DNA of 64,000 nt from a bacterium (GTDB lineage: Archaea > Thermoplasmatota > E2 > JACPAO01 > JAHFTW01), in assembly GCA_040390065.1 (NCBI GenBank), contig JAZJZE010000005.1, positions 64,001 to 128,000 on the forward strand, read 5' to 3'. A program made the translations under genes and the position numbers. Below, one piece after another: positions 55,222-64,000 of this stretch. Within the stretch, counting starts at the first letter, position 1, and each line of letters begins with the position of its first letter. Under the pieces are notes generated by a model. It saw nothing but the letters and a program-made list of their open reading frames with translations, ran no database searches and was not told the DNA's origin.

Positions 55222-58200
55222 CTACTTGGCGCGGCGTTTGACGTAGACGCCCAGCGCCACGAGGCCCGCCGTCAGGACGGCCCCCGCCGCCACGAGCATC
55301 CAGGCCGCGGCCGCCGGCGCCTGCACCGAGGACGAGGCCTCAGGACGCGATGCGTCGTGGACCGCGGAGCCGAGCGTGACGGGCACGCCCTGCCGGAAGT
55401 CGAGCACGGCGCCGTTTGCGTCGCGGGCGGTCAGGTGGATCGTGTACGTGCCAGCCTGGGCGTACGTGTGGGTCGCCGCGCCGTCCGTCGCCACGGGCAT
55501 CGAGCCGTCGCCGAAGTCCCAGACGAAGTTCGTGCCGGGGACGATCGGCGTCACCGTGACGAGACCATCGTTGGCCACCTCGGTCGAGAAGCCGGGCCCG
55601 TCGAACACTTTGGCCACGACGACGATGGCCACGGAGTCGAGGGTGCTTGCCTTGCCGTCCGAGACTTCGACCGAGTAGACGAGGGTCTGTCCGAGCGAGC
55701 CGGCCGGCACCACGAAGGAGGCCTTGGCGGCCTTGGCGTCCGTGAGTGCGGCCGCCGGGCCGGAGGCGTGCGTCCACTGGAACGTGAGCGCATCGCCGTT
55801 CGGGTCCGTGGACGCAAGGGCATCGAGGGTCACGACGTCGCCTTCGTGGGCGTTGACGCGATGCGCCACCACGACCACAGGGGCGTCGTTGTCCGGCGTG
55901 ACCGTCACGATGACCGTGTCGGGCAGCGAATCCTGCGCGCCGTCGCCGACCACGAAGTGGAAAGCAAGGAGAGCCGGGGTCGCATCCGGAAGGTCCGGCG
56001 CGTCGAAGGATGCCGTCGCCTTGTCGGCGTCGTGCAGGGTGACCTGCGGACCGGAGACTTGCGTCCACGTCCACACCGTCGGCAAGCCGCCGCTTGCGGA
56101 GCCTGCCAGGGCGGCGTGGCCCTTCTCGACCACGGACTGGTCTTCACCCGCGTTGGCCACGAGGGCCGGTGTGCCTGTGCCCGAGTCTCCAGCGCCTTCG
56201 CCTGTTGCCGCCTGGTCCACGAGGTCGGGCGCGACGACGAGGATCTGCACGGTCTTGGACCAATAGTCGCCGTGCGGGTCATAGCAGATGTACGTGACCG
56301 AATACGTTCCCGGGGCCAGGAACATGTGCACCGGGTTTGCGCCGAGGGCAGTGTAGCCGTCGCCGAAGTCCCAGAACAGGACGAGCGTCTTGTCCGCGGG
56401 ATCAGCGTCGGTGCACGTGCCACCGAAGGCGACCTGCGAGCCGGTTTGCGACTTGGCCGAGCTTACCCACATGGTGCCCACCGGCGGGTTGTTGGGCAGG
56501 ATGTTGATGGTCACCTGACCGACGGCCGTGGCACCGCTCGTGTCGCGGGCCGTGTACTTGAACGTCTGCGGGCCACTGTAACCTGGACTGAAGATGACGT
56601 CGCCCGGTGTGACGAAGCTGCATGCGTTGAGCACGAGGTCCAGGTACACCTGGTCGCCGGCGCTGTAGCCCGTCGGAGTCACGTTGTCGGCGAAGCAGTA
56701 CTTCGTCGCGATGTCGTGCGTGGACGCCGCGACGTCTGGGTCGCCGGCTGCCACGAGGGTCGCACCGGGGACGGGCGCGCCCGAGGACATGCGGACGTCG
56801 AACGGCTGGACCGTGCCCGGACCGCAGGCGAGGACCTGCAGGTAGATGGGTTCGTTCGGCTGCGCCTGCCCGTCCTGGTTGATGTCGGCGAAGCACGTCA
56901 CGGTGTGGACCGTGTCGACCAAGGGTGCCGGGGAGTTGACGTAGTACGAGTCGCCGGTGGCCGGGACTCCCGAGGAAAAGCCGAGGGTATCGCCCGTCAC
57001 GGCGGTCGTCGTGATGGACGTAATCGTGTGCGCGCCGGTGGCGGCGCCGCTTGTAAACACGAGCGACATTCCGGTTCCCACGCCGAGTGCCGGGAAGCTC
57101 GACGGGCCGACGAGTTTGAGATTCGTCGTGCCGGCCTTCGCGGTCCCTGACGCGCGGTAGGCGTCCGTGTCGCCCGTGACGACGACGCTGGAGCCCACGT
57201 ACGGACTCTTCGGGGTCAGACGGAGGTCCTTCGCCGTGATGGTGTTCGATCCGTCGAGGTCGAGGTACACCGCTTCGCCGTTCGTCAGCGTCGTCGAGGC
57301 GTCGAGGTCGCGGAACTTCTCGGAGCCGATGAGGCTGAGCGTGGCCGGCACGAAGGGCTTGAGCTGCTTGTTCAGGTTGGGGCTCAAATCGTTGACGCGC
57401 GAGTCGGCAGCACCCGGCGGCGGCGAGTAGTGGAACGAGCCGTCGGTGTTGACGTACCAGAGCTTGCCGAGGGTCGGGTTCGTGTTCGGCAAGGCGACGA
57501 GGGCCTCGCCATCCACTTCCAAGTCCGGCGTCGTGCCGCCGGGGTTGCCCTGAAGGACGGTGTACGTGGTGGTCTGGCCGGGCGGGAACGTCGATGCCGC
57601 GACCGGCGCGAAGAGCTCGTGGCCCTGGTAGATGGTGTAGACGTCGTCGACCGGCCGCGGCACGTCGGCCACCGCCGAGATCTTGATGATGAAGCAGAGC
57701 GGCGCCGTGGGCGGCATGGGGTTCTGGTTCTTGCCGCCGAGGTTCGTGGGGCCGCTGTCCGTGACGCGGAAGCAGACGGTGTCCGAGCCATTGGCGTCGG
57801 GCTTCGTGATGTACTTCAGGGTCAGGACCTGGTTGCCGATGGGGCCCGAGATGTCGAGGGATGGGCCGAGCGTCGACGGACACGCGGCGGCTACCATGCT
57901 GAAGTCGTAGTTGCCGGGGCAGGGCACGATGGAGTTCGAGTTGAACAGGCCGGTGTTGCTCTGCGACACGATGACGGCGCGCACGGTCTGCGAGGCGAAC
58001 TCGTCGGCGCCACCGCTTGGCGAGATCTGCGTCATGAAGTTCGTGACGGTGCGCGTGTACGCCGGCGGCGTCGAGGCTCCCGTCACGCCGTTGTCCTCGT
58101 TGATGAGGTCGCCGAAGGACTTCCAGAACTGGTTGAACGTCGGCTGGTCGTTGATGGCGAGCACGCTGATGCGGATGGTCGCGACGTTGCTGTACTGCGA

Positions 58201-60291
58201 CGTCGCGCCTGGCGGGATGGTCGGGCAGTAGAGCTGGTACGAGACCATGTCGTCGCCCGACCAGTCGGGCAGGGGCGTGTAGGCGAAGTTGCTGGCCGCG
58301 GTGTTCCAGGCCCAGGAGCCGGCGCCGGACGGGCCGGTGCCCGGGACGACGCGGAACTCGAGGCCGCTTGTGCAGCCGGACGCGTCATCGTTGAAGGACG
58401 GGGCCGCGCTGTCCTGGCCGACCACGGGGCCGCCGTCCTCGCTGACCTCGTAGGTGTCGGAGTGCGCCGTGAAGCCGGAGAGGCCGGCGACGAGGTCGAT
58501 GTTGACCTTGGAGACGACGCTTGCAAGCTGGTAGTCCGTGCCGTCGAAGACGCAGTAGCGGAACGAGTCGGGCCCGACGAAGGCATTGGCCTTGTAGTTG
58601 AACGAGCCCGTCGGGTGCACGCCGGTCTTGGTCACACCGTCGTAGTCGACGAAGGTGACGGTGCCGTGCTGCGGCAGCCATGTGGAATCGTACCCGGGGC
58701 AGCTCGTCATGGCGACGGTGAACTTGGGAATGGGTGCGGCCTCCTGCATGCCACCGGTGCAGGTCGGGTAGCCGACCGTGTTGCCCCAGCAGCTGCGCAT
58801 GGGTGCGATCTCGACGTCGGTGGGCAGCGGCGCGCTTGCGACCAAGCCCTGCGACGGCGGCACGAACAGCCAGTCGTTCGAGACGCCCTGGTAGGCGTGG
58901 TCGTAGCCGGTTGGCGGGTCGTTGGTCGGGGTGATCACGATGTTGGCCGTGGCCGGTCCCGTGATGACGTTGGTCACGGTCTTGACCTTGTACTGGTAGC
59001 AGTCCGACGCCGTGGCGGCGCAGCCGGCGAGGGTGGGCGAGGGTTGGCCGTTGTAGTTCGTGTACGGCGTGTACGAGATGGGTCCGGTGCCCCAGCCCGA
59101 CGCGCACGATGGCAGGCCCGTGAGCGTGCCGCGCTGCGGCGCTGTCTGGTAGCAGTACTGCGTGCCGACGGGCGGGCCGCCGTTGTCGCCGTAGTCGGGG
59201 TCGGAGAACTTGTCGGGGGCCGCATTGTTGCAGCCGATGGGGCCGATGCAGTCCTCGGGGACCGAGACGGACATTGGGATGGCCGCGATCTGGTGGTCCG
59301 GGTAGTAGCGGACGGCGAGGTCGGCGATGTTGGGCGACGCGGAGTTGCAGGACGTCAAGGGCGAGCAATAGTTCAGGCCGATTGCGGTGCCAGCAGCGCC
59401 GAACTGGTTCTGGATGCCCATCGTGAAGGCCTGGTTGCTGTGGTCGGCGTTGAGGTAGATGACGTCGACATTTCCTGTCGTGAGCCAGACCTTGAACTCG
59501 AAGGTCGCGTAGTGGTTCGCGTTCGGCGAGGCCAGGCAGCCGCCGTCGTTCGTGTTCACGAGGACGCGGTCGTACTCGATTGTCACGTAGTTGTTGGGCG
59601 CCGTGCCGGTGACCTGCTTCACCCAGATGTGGCCGAAGTTCGTGGTCGGGCCGGGCGGGACGTCCCAGCAGGTGCCGACGGTGCTGACCCACGGCATGGC
59701 GACGTTCAGGTTGGTCCACATGGCAGCGATGAGGGAGACCGGGCGGACCGTGCCACTGGAGCTGCAGCCAGTGAACACCGAGGTCAGCTGCGGCAACTGG
59801 CCGCCGAGGCGCGTGTCCGTGCCGCAGTAGATGCCGGTCGGGTAGAAGTTCAGGTAGCCGTTGTCCTGGGGCATCCACCAGGCGGAGTAGGACCCGCCGT
59901 ACCACGTGAACGACGGCCACTGGTTGAAGCTGCAATCGTAGTAGAGGAAGTACTGGTCGGGGCTGCCGCTTGGCGACAGGCAGGAGGCGTTTGCGATCTC
60001 GTCCCAGCCCATGGGACAGCCCTTGGCCGGTTCCGCTGGCGAGCCGGGTGCGGGAATCCCCGAGCCGACGACGCTCGGTGCCAGGCATCCGGCCGCGTTC
60101 GAGTCGACGAAGCGGTAGCGATACGCCGACACTGCGGGGGCGCCCGAGTTGTAGACCTCCGACCCGGTGGACGCGGGCGGCAAGGCCGTGGAGGTGGGGA
60201 CCACCAGCGCCAAGACGGTCAACGCGGCCAAGGCGGCCGAGGCAAAGAGCAACATTCGTGGAACTGACACACGCGACCGCCGCCCGCTCAA
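55222..60291 (-). CDS. Large surface protein A5, close paralogue of A4
   Basis: 1689 aa, colinear with A4 (for example WLPQHGTVTFVD, SQTVRAVIVSQSNTGLF, RVNDLSPNLNK); TM followed by KRRAK. Confidence 0.88.
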   Translation of the reverse strand: MSGRRSRVSVPRMLLFASAALAALTVLALVVPTSTALPPASTGSEVYNSGAPAVSAYRYRFVDSNAAGCLAPSVVGSGIPAPGSPAEPAKGCPMGWDEIANASCLSPSGSPDQYFLYYDCSFNQWPSFTWYGGSYSAWWMPQDNGYLNFYPTGIYCGTDTRLGGQLPQLTSVFTGCSSSGTVRPVSLIAAMWTNLNVAMPWVSTVGTCWDVPPGPTTNFGHIWVKQVTGTAPNNYVTIEYDRVLVNTNDGGCLASPNANHYATFEFKVWLTTGNVDVIYLNADHSNQAFTMGIQNQFGAAGTAIGLNYCSPLTSCNSASPNIADLAVRYYPDHQIAAIPMSVSVPEDCIGPIGCNNAAPDKFSDPDYGDNGGPPVGTQYCYQTAPQRGTLTGLPSCASGWGTGPISYTPYTNYNGQPSPTLAGCAATASDCYQYKVKTVTNVITGPATANIVITPTNDPPTGYDHAYQGVSNDWLFVPPSQGLVASAPLPTDVEIAPMRSCWGNTVGYPTCTGGMQEAAPIPKFTVAMTSCPGYDSTWLPQHGTVTFVDYDGVTKTGVHPTGSFNYKANAFVGPDSFRYCVFDGTDYQLASVVSKVNIDLVAGLSGFTAHSDTYEVSEDGGPVVGQDSAAPSFNDDASGCTSGLEFRVVPGTGPSGAGSWAWNTAASNFAYTPLPDWSGDDMVSYQLYCPTIPPGATSQYSNVATIRISVLAINDQPTFNQFWKSFGDLINEDNGVTGASTPPAYTRTVTNFMTQISPSGGADEFASQTVRAVIVSQSNTGLFNSNSIVPCPGNYDFSMVAAACPSTLGPSLDISGPIGNQVLTLKYITKPDANGSDTVCFRVTDSGPTNLGGKNQNPMPPTAPLCFIIKISAVADVPRPVDDVYTIYQGHELFAPVAASTFPPGQTTTYTVLQGNPGGTTPDLEVDGEALVALPNTNPTLGKLWYVNTDGSFHYSPPPGAADSRVNDLSPNLNKQLKPFVPATLSLIGSEKFRDLDASTTLTNGEAVYLDLDGSNTITAKDLRLTPKSPYVGSSVVVTGDTDAYRASGTAKAGTTNLKLVGPSSFPALGVGTGMSLVFTSGAATGAHTITSITTTAVTGDTLGFSSGVPATGDSYYVNSPAPLVDTVHTVTCFADINQDGQAQPNEPIYLQVLACGPGTVQPFDVRMSSGAPVPGATLVAAGDPDVAASTHDIATKYCFADNVTPTGYSAGDQVYLDLVLNACSFVTPGDVIFSPGYSGPQTFKYTARDTSGATAVGQVTINILPNNPPVGTMWVSSAKSQTGSQVAFGGTCTDADPADKTLVLFWDFGDGYTALGANPVHMFLAPGTYSVTYICYDPHGDYWSKTVQILVVAPDLVDQAATGEGAGDSGTGTPALVANAGEDQSVVEKGHAALAGSASGGLPTVWTWTQVSGPQVTLHDADKATASFDAPDLPDATPALLAFHFVVGDGAQDSLPDTVIVTVTPDNDAPVVVVAHRVNAHEGDVVTLDALASTDPNGDALTFQWTHASGPAAALTDAKAAKASFVVPAGSLGQTLVYSVEVSDGKASTLDSVAIVVVAKVFDGPGFSTEVANDGLVTVTPIVPGTNFVWDFGDGSMPVATDGAATHTYAQAGTYTIHLTARDANGAVLDFRQGVPVTLGSAVHDASRPEASSSVQAPAAAAWMLVAAGAVLTAGLVALGVYVKRRAK

Positions 60292-60658
60292 GGGCGTACC
60301 CGACTTATGTAGAGACTAGTAAAGCCTTGCTCCGGCTTTCGGGCGCAAAGGGCGGCGGTTCTGCGACAATCGCAGCGCGGGCGAGCCCTTGAGGCTGTTT
60401 CATGACTTGCAGGAAGCCTGCGCGGGCCGGTTTGCAAGGAGTCCAAGGAAGTCGGGTCGACTGTGTGGCAGCGCCACGCCGAGGCCTGAGTGACGATGGA
60501 ATCCGCCGCAAAGCGGCGCGCCCTTGCGGGTCGTTTTCCGGCCACACACTCCAGGCGACGGCGGCCTTGGCGGGCTGCCGGCCCGCCGGCGGCCGCCCTC
60601 GCCCGGATTGCGAAGCCCGGAAAGCGACGCAGGCACCCTGGCAGTCGTGAAACGACCT

Positions 60659-63600
60659 CTAGACGTCGGCCGGCGCAGGTTTCGCTTGCGGCCGGCGGCG
60701 CAGCAGGAAAGTCATGGCAACGCCGATCGCGACCGTACTCACGCCGATTGCCACAGGCAGGAGCCACGATGGACCCTCCGACGCCTGCGTGGCCAAGGTC
60801 TGCGGCCGTGCGGCTGCCTCGCTGACCGTCGCCGGCTGGCTCGACGAATCGAGTGCGGTTCCGGCCACGCGAGGCGTCATCTTGATCGTGTAATGGCCGG
60901 CCGCGGCGTACTGGTGCGTTGTACCGCTCGGGCTCGACACGATCTGGCCGTCCCCGAAATCCCACAGGAAGGAGTCGGCATCGACGGTGGGCGTCACGGT
61001 CACGGTGCCATCGGCGGCCATCGTCAATACGAAGCCGGAATCCGGCCCAAGCAGGGCTTGGATATCCGGCGCATCGACGACGACGACCTGCTGGGCGCTG
61101 GCGGTGGCAAAAGCGTCGCTGACGTCGACCGAGAACAGGTACGTGCCGGGCTCCGTAGGCGTGACACGCACGATGGCGGACGACGGGGAGGTGAGCGCCG
61201 TCGCAGGGCCCTTCCACTGCGTCCAATGGAATGCCAGGACGTCGCCATCCGGGTCGTTCGAGGCGGACGCGTCGAGTGTCACGAGGTCGCCGACCTGGAC
61301 ATGCGTCGCCGGCGCGGCCTTTGCGATGGGCGCCTCGTTGCCCGACTGCACGCTCACCATCACGCCGTCGGTGGCGTGCCGGCTGCCGTCATTCGCCTGC
61401 ACTTCGAAGTACAGGTCAAGGGGCGTCGTCGTGGCGGGCGCCGTGAAGCGGGCGGTCGCGCCGTCCGCGCCGGTGAGTGTGACGTGCGGCCCCATGGTCT
61501 GGATCCACGCCAGGCTTGCCGTCGAGGAACCCGTGACGCTGGCGCGCAAGTCGACGGCGTCGCCCGACGTCACGTGCAGCGTGGCCCCGGCTTCGACGGA
61601 CAGGGCCGGCGGTGGCGGATTGCTGCCGCCGTTGGACGAGCCCCCACTGGAGGACCCGCCGTTGGAGGACCCGCCGCTGGACGAGCCTCCGGACGAACCG
61701 CTGCCGGAATTGCCGCCGCCGTTGGCCGGGCCCGAGGGTGCGACCACGCTGATCGTGCGGCAGAAGAGGTTGCCCTTGGCGTTGAACTTGTCCGCGGCCA
61801 CCAGGCAAGCCTGGTAGCTGCCGACGGCGCCGTAGACGTGCGTCGTGGATGCCTTGTTGAAGGTCGTGCCGTCGCCGAACGTCCACGCCCAGCCATTGAT
61901 GAAGTCGCCCGCGTCCGTGTCGTTGGAGCTGTCGACGAACGTCACCGGGCTGCCGACAGGGACCGTCATGGGGTTCGCAGTGAAGCGCGAGGTGGGCGGA
62001 TGGTTGGGCTTGACCACGACTTGGCAGGTGGCCGTCTGCGCGGCGCTCGTCACCGTGATGGTCTTCGTGCCGAGGGTGGAATAGGAGGTCGTGAAGGTCC
62101 CGGTTCCGGCTCCTTGCGAGGCCGGCGTGCCGCCGCCCGTCCAGGCATAGACGCCGTTGCCGCTTGCGCCCGTCGCGACGGTGTTCTGGCCGATCACGAC
62201 GTTCGCGGGAAGTGCCGAGCAAGTGGGCGGTCCTGGCAGGCTCACGGTGACCGTGCAGGTGCCCGTCTGCGCATTGCTCGTCACGGTGACCGTCTTGGTT
62301 CCGGCCGTCGAGTACTGGGTCGTGAACGTCCCGGTGCCAGCCGTCTGCGTGGCCGGGGTGCCGCCGCCAGACCAGGAGTAGGTGCCCGTGCCGCCGCCGC
62401 CCGTGAACACCGTGTTCTGGCCGGTGATCACCGACGTCGGCGACGCGCTGCAGTTGGGGACCAGGGGAAGCGTGACCGTGACCGTGCAAGTCCCCGTCTG
62501 GGACGCGCTCGTGACGGTGATGGTGAACGTGCCGGCGCCTGGCCATTGCGTGGTGAACGTCCCCGTGCCGCTGGCCTGGGTGGCGGGCGAGCCGCCGCCG
62601 GACCAGGAGAACGAGCCGTCGCCAGCCGCCCCGGTCACGACCGTGTTCTGGTTCGTCGTGACCGTTGCCGGCGAGGCCGAGCACGTTGGTGCGGACGCTG
62701 CGCCAGCGGGCGCCTTGCATTGCTGCGGCGTCGTGAGTGCGCTCGTGTTGGGCGGCTTCGGCGTCAGCGTCGACGGTTCGGACGTGGGTGGCGTCCACGG
62801 CGACGAGAGGGTGTAGCCGTCATAGGAGCGGATCTGGTAGCAGTAGAGCGTCCCCGTCACGAGGCCTGGGCCGGCGTTGTTGTCGATGAAGCTGCAGCCG
62901 GCCGCCGGGCAGACGGTGTTGTCGCTGGCCACGTTCTTCACCCATACCGGGGCCGCCGGCGAGACTGCGCGGTAGATGGCGTAGCCCTTCACGCCGGAGG
63001 GTGTTGCACCCGATCCAGCGCTCGGGCAGTCGGCGCCGAACGTGGGGCAGTCGAACGCGGAGGGAGTCCACGTCAGCTTGAGCGTCGTGGCGGTGTCGGT
63101 TCCGACGACGAAGGCCGTCGGCACGGCGGGCTTGAAGTCTGGCGTCACGGAGGCGGCGCTCGTGCGCAGGCTCTCGCCGCCCGTGTAGGCAGGCTCGCCA
63201 GCCGGCGGCGCGGACGTGATGGCCGGCAGCTGCGGGCAATTGACGTTGGAGACCTTGTAGGAGTACGCGGTGCCGCTCGTCAGGCCGGTGTCGTCGTAGG
63301 TGAGTGTCCCTGCGGCCACGGTCGTGAGCAGCGTGAATGGGCCGCCCGAGCCGGTCGTGCTGCGGTAGACGTTGTAGATCGTGACGGGCTGGACGCCGAT
63401 GTCGCCTTGCGTCCACGTGAGGCGGATCTTGTTGTCGCCCATGGCCGCGGCGGAGAGAGTATTGGGTGCCGACTGCTGGATGAAGCCGTTCTGGCCGATG
63501 GTCATGGTGTTCGTGCCGGAGGAGTCGAACGTCCAGTGCGCCTGGTTCAGGTCCGCCGTGTAGTGGGCGACGCCCGTGTACACGGTCCCGCTTGCGGGCG

Positions 63601-64000
63601 GCGTCATCCCCATCTCGGTCCAGCTAATGGTGATCTTGACCTCGTTGCAGATCCATGATGGCACGAAGGTCATCGCCGTGGGACCGGCGCCGCCGACGCC
63701 GCAGGCGCCAGTGAACACGTTGTTCGTCGTCCAGCCGGTGCTGCGCCACACGGGAGCGACGCTCTTGCACACGTTGTTGCCCGTGCTGAAGGCAACGTTG
63801 TACGCGACGGAGTTGGCCGACGATGTGGCTGCAGGCGGGGTCCCGACAGGCGGCGACGGGGCGGCGTTGCCGTTGTTCGAGTCCATCTTGAGATAGAAGT
63901 ACACGTTGTTGGCGTCGGACTGGGTGCCGACGCGCAGGATGTCACTGGCGGGAATCTCTCCGGCCGGCGTGCCGGCTTGGGTGTCGCCCGCGACGTCGAC
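60659..64000 (-). CDS. Large surface protein A6 (FN3 domains, three tandem PKD-like repeats, PKD, TM); 5' end outside the window
   Basis: Frame is open to position 64000; FN3 motifs IRLTW...YNVYRS...YDDTGLTSGTAYSYKV; same C-terminal cassette as A0-A5. Confidence 0.88.
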   Translation of the reverse strand, partial: VDVAGDTQAGTPAGEIPASDILRVGTQSDANNVYFYLKMDSNNGNAAPSPPVGTPPAATSSANSVAYNVAFSTGNNVCKSVAPVWRSTGWTTNNVFTGACGVGGAGPTAMTFVPSWICNEVKITISWTEMGMTPPASGTVYTGVAHYTADLNQAHWTFDSSGTNTMTIGQNGFIQQSAPNTLSAAAMGDNKIRLTWTQGDIGVQPVTIYNVYRSTTGSGGPFTLLTTVAAGTLTYDDTGLTSGTAYSYKVSNVNCPQLPAITSAPPAGEPAYTGGESLRTSAASVTPDFKPAVPTAFVVGTDTATTLKLTWTPSAFDCPTFGADCPSAGSGATPSGVKGYAIYRAVSPAAPVWVKNVASDNTVCPAAGCSFIDNNAGPGLVTGTLYCYQIRSYDGYTLSSPWTPPTSEPSTLTPKPPNTSALTTPQQCKAPAGAASAPTCSASPATVTTNQNTVVTGAAGDGSFSWSGGGSPATQASGTGTFTTQWPGAGTFTITVTSASQTGTCTVTVTLPLVPNCSASPTSVITGQNTVFTGGGGTGTYSWSGGGTPATQTAGTGTFTTQYSTAGTKTVTVTSNAQTGTCTVTVSLPGPPTCSALPANVVIGQNTVATGASGNGVYAWTGGGTPASQGAGTGTFTTSYSTLGTKTITVTSAAQTATCQVVVKPNHPPTSRFTANPMTVPVGSPVTFVDSSNDTDAGDFINGWAWTFGDGTTFNKASTTHVYGAVGSYQACLVAADKFNAKGNLFCRTISVVAPSGPANGGGNSGSGSSGGSSSGGSSNGGSSSGGSSNGGSNPPPPALSVEAGATLHVTSGDAVDLRASVTGSSTASLAWIQTMGPHVTLTGADGATARFTAPATTTPLDLYFEVQANDGSRHATDGVMVSVQSGNEAPIAKAAPATHVQVGDLVTLDASASNDPDGDVLAFHWTQWKGPATALTSPSSAIVRVTPTEPGTYLFSVDVSDAFATASAQQVVVVDAPDIQALLGPDSGFVLTMAADGTVTVTPTVDADSFLWDFGDGQIVSSPSGTTHQYAAAGHYTIKMTPRVAGTALDSSSQPATVSEAAARPQTLATQASEGPSWLLPVAIGVSTVAIGVAMTFLLRRRPQAKPAPADV

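Noticed and set aside
57430-63658. Long + strand ORFs (945 aa, 1044 aa) and similar antisense ORFs throughout (for example 1463..3409, 8605..10599, 26957..29347)
   Set aside because: These are shadow ORFs of high-GC coding sequence; they are Arg/Gly/Val-rich, lack motifs and lie opposite well-supported genes.
37507-64000. Prophage or integrative element explanation for the surface-protein array
   Set aside because: No integrase, capsid, replication or transfer genes are visible, and codon usage looks host-like; the far boundary is outside the window.

Overview
High-GC archaeal chromosomal DNA. The gene set (aIF-1A/Rio1/Dim2 operon, AglB, presenilin homologue, DRG GTPase, BRE/TATA promoters, many apparently leaderless GTG starts) points to a Thermoplasmatota/euryarchaeal-type lineage; this is an inference. 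The first ~37 kb holds housekeeping genes (pgk, MoxR/DUF58, an endonuclease IV-like protein, hxlB, thyX, aglB, arginase, dcd, tRNA-Pro) interleaved with secreted proteins, lipoproteins and short structured intergenic repeats. The last ~27 kb is a tandem array of six very large, mosaic, membrane-anchored PKD/Ig-like surface proteins, with a seventh paralogue at 11.3-14.6 kb. The most unusual signal is repeated duplication of gene termini: hxlB 3' end, thyX 3' end, aminotransferase 3' end, and tRNA-Pro promoter plus 5' end. The copies flank short hairpin-containing inserts, and the spare protein-coding copies differ mostly at synonymous sites. Two families of palindromic intergenic elements are also present. 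No transposase, integrase, reverse transcriptase, cas gene or CRISPR array is visible. All product calls come from motif recognition by eye; no database search was run.
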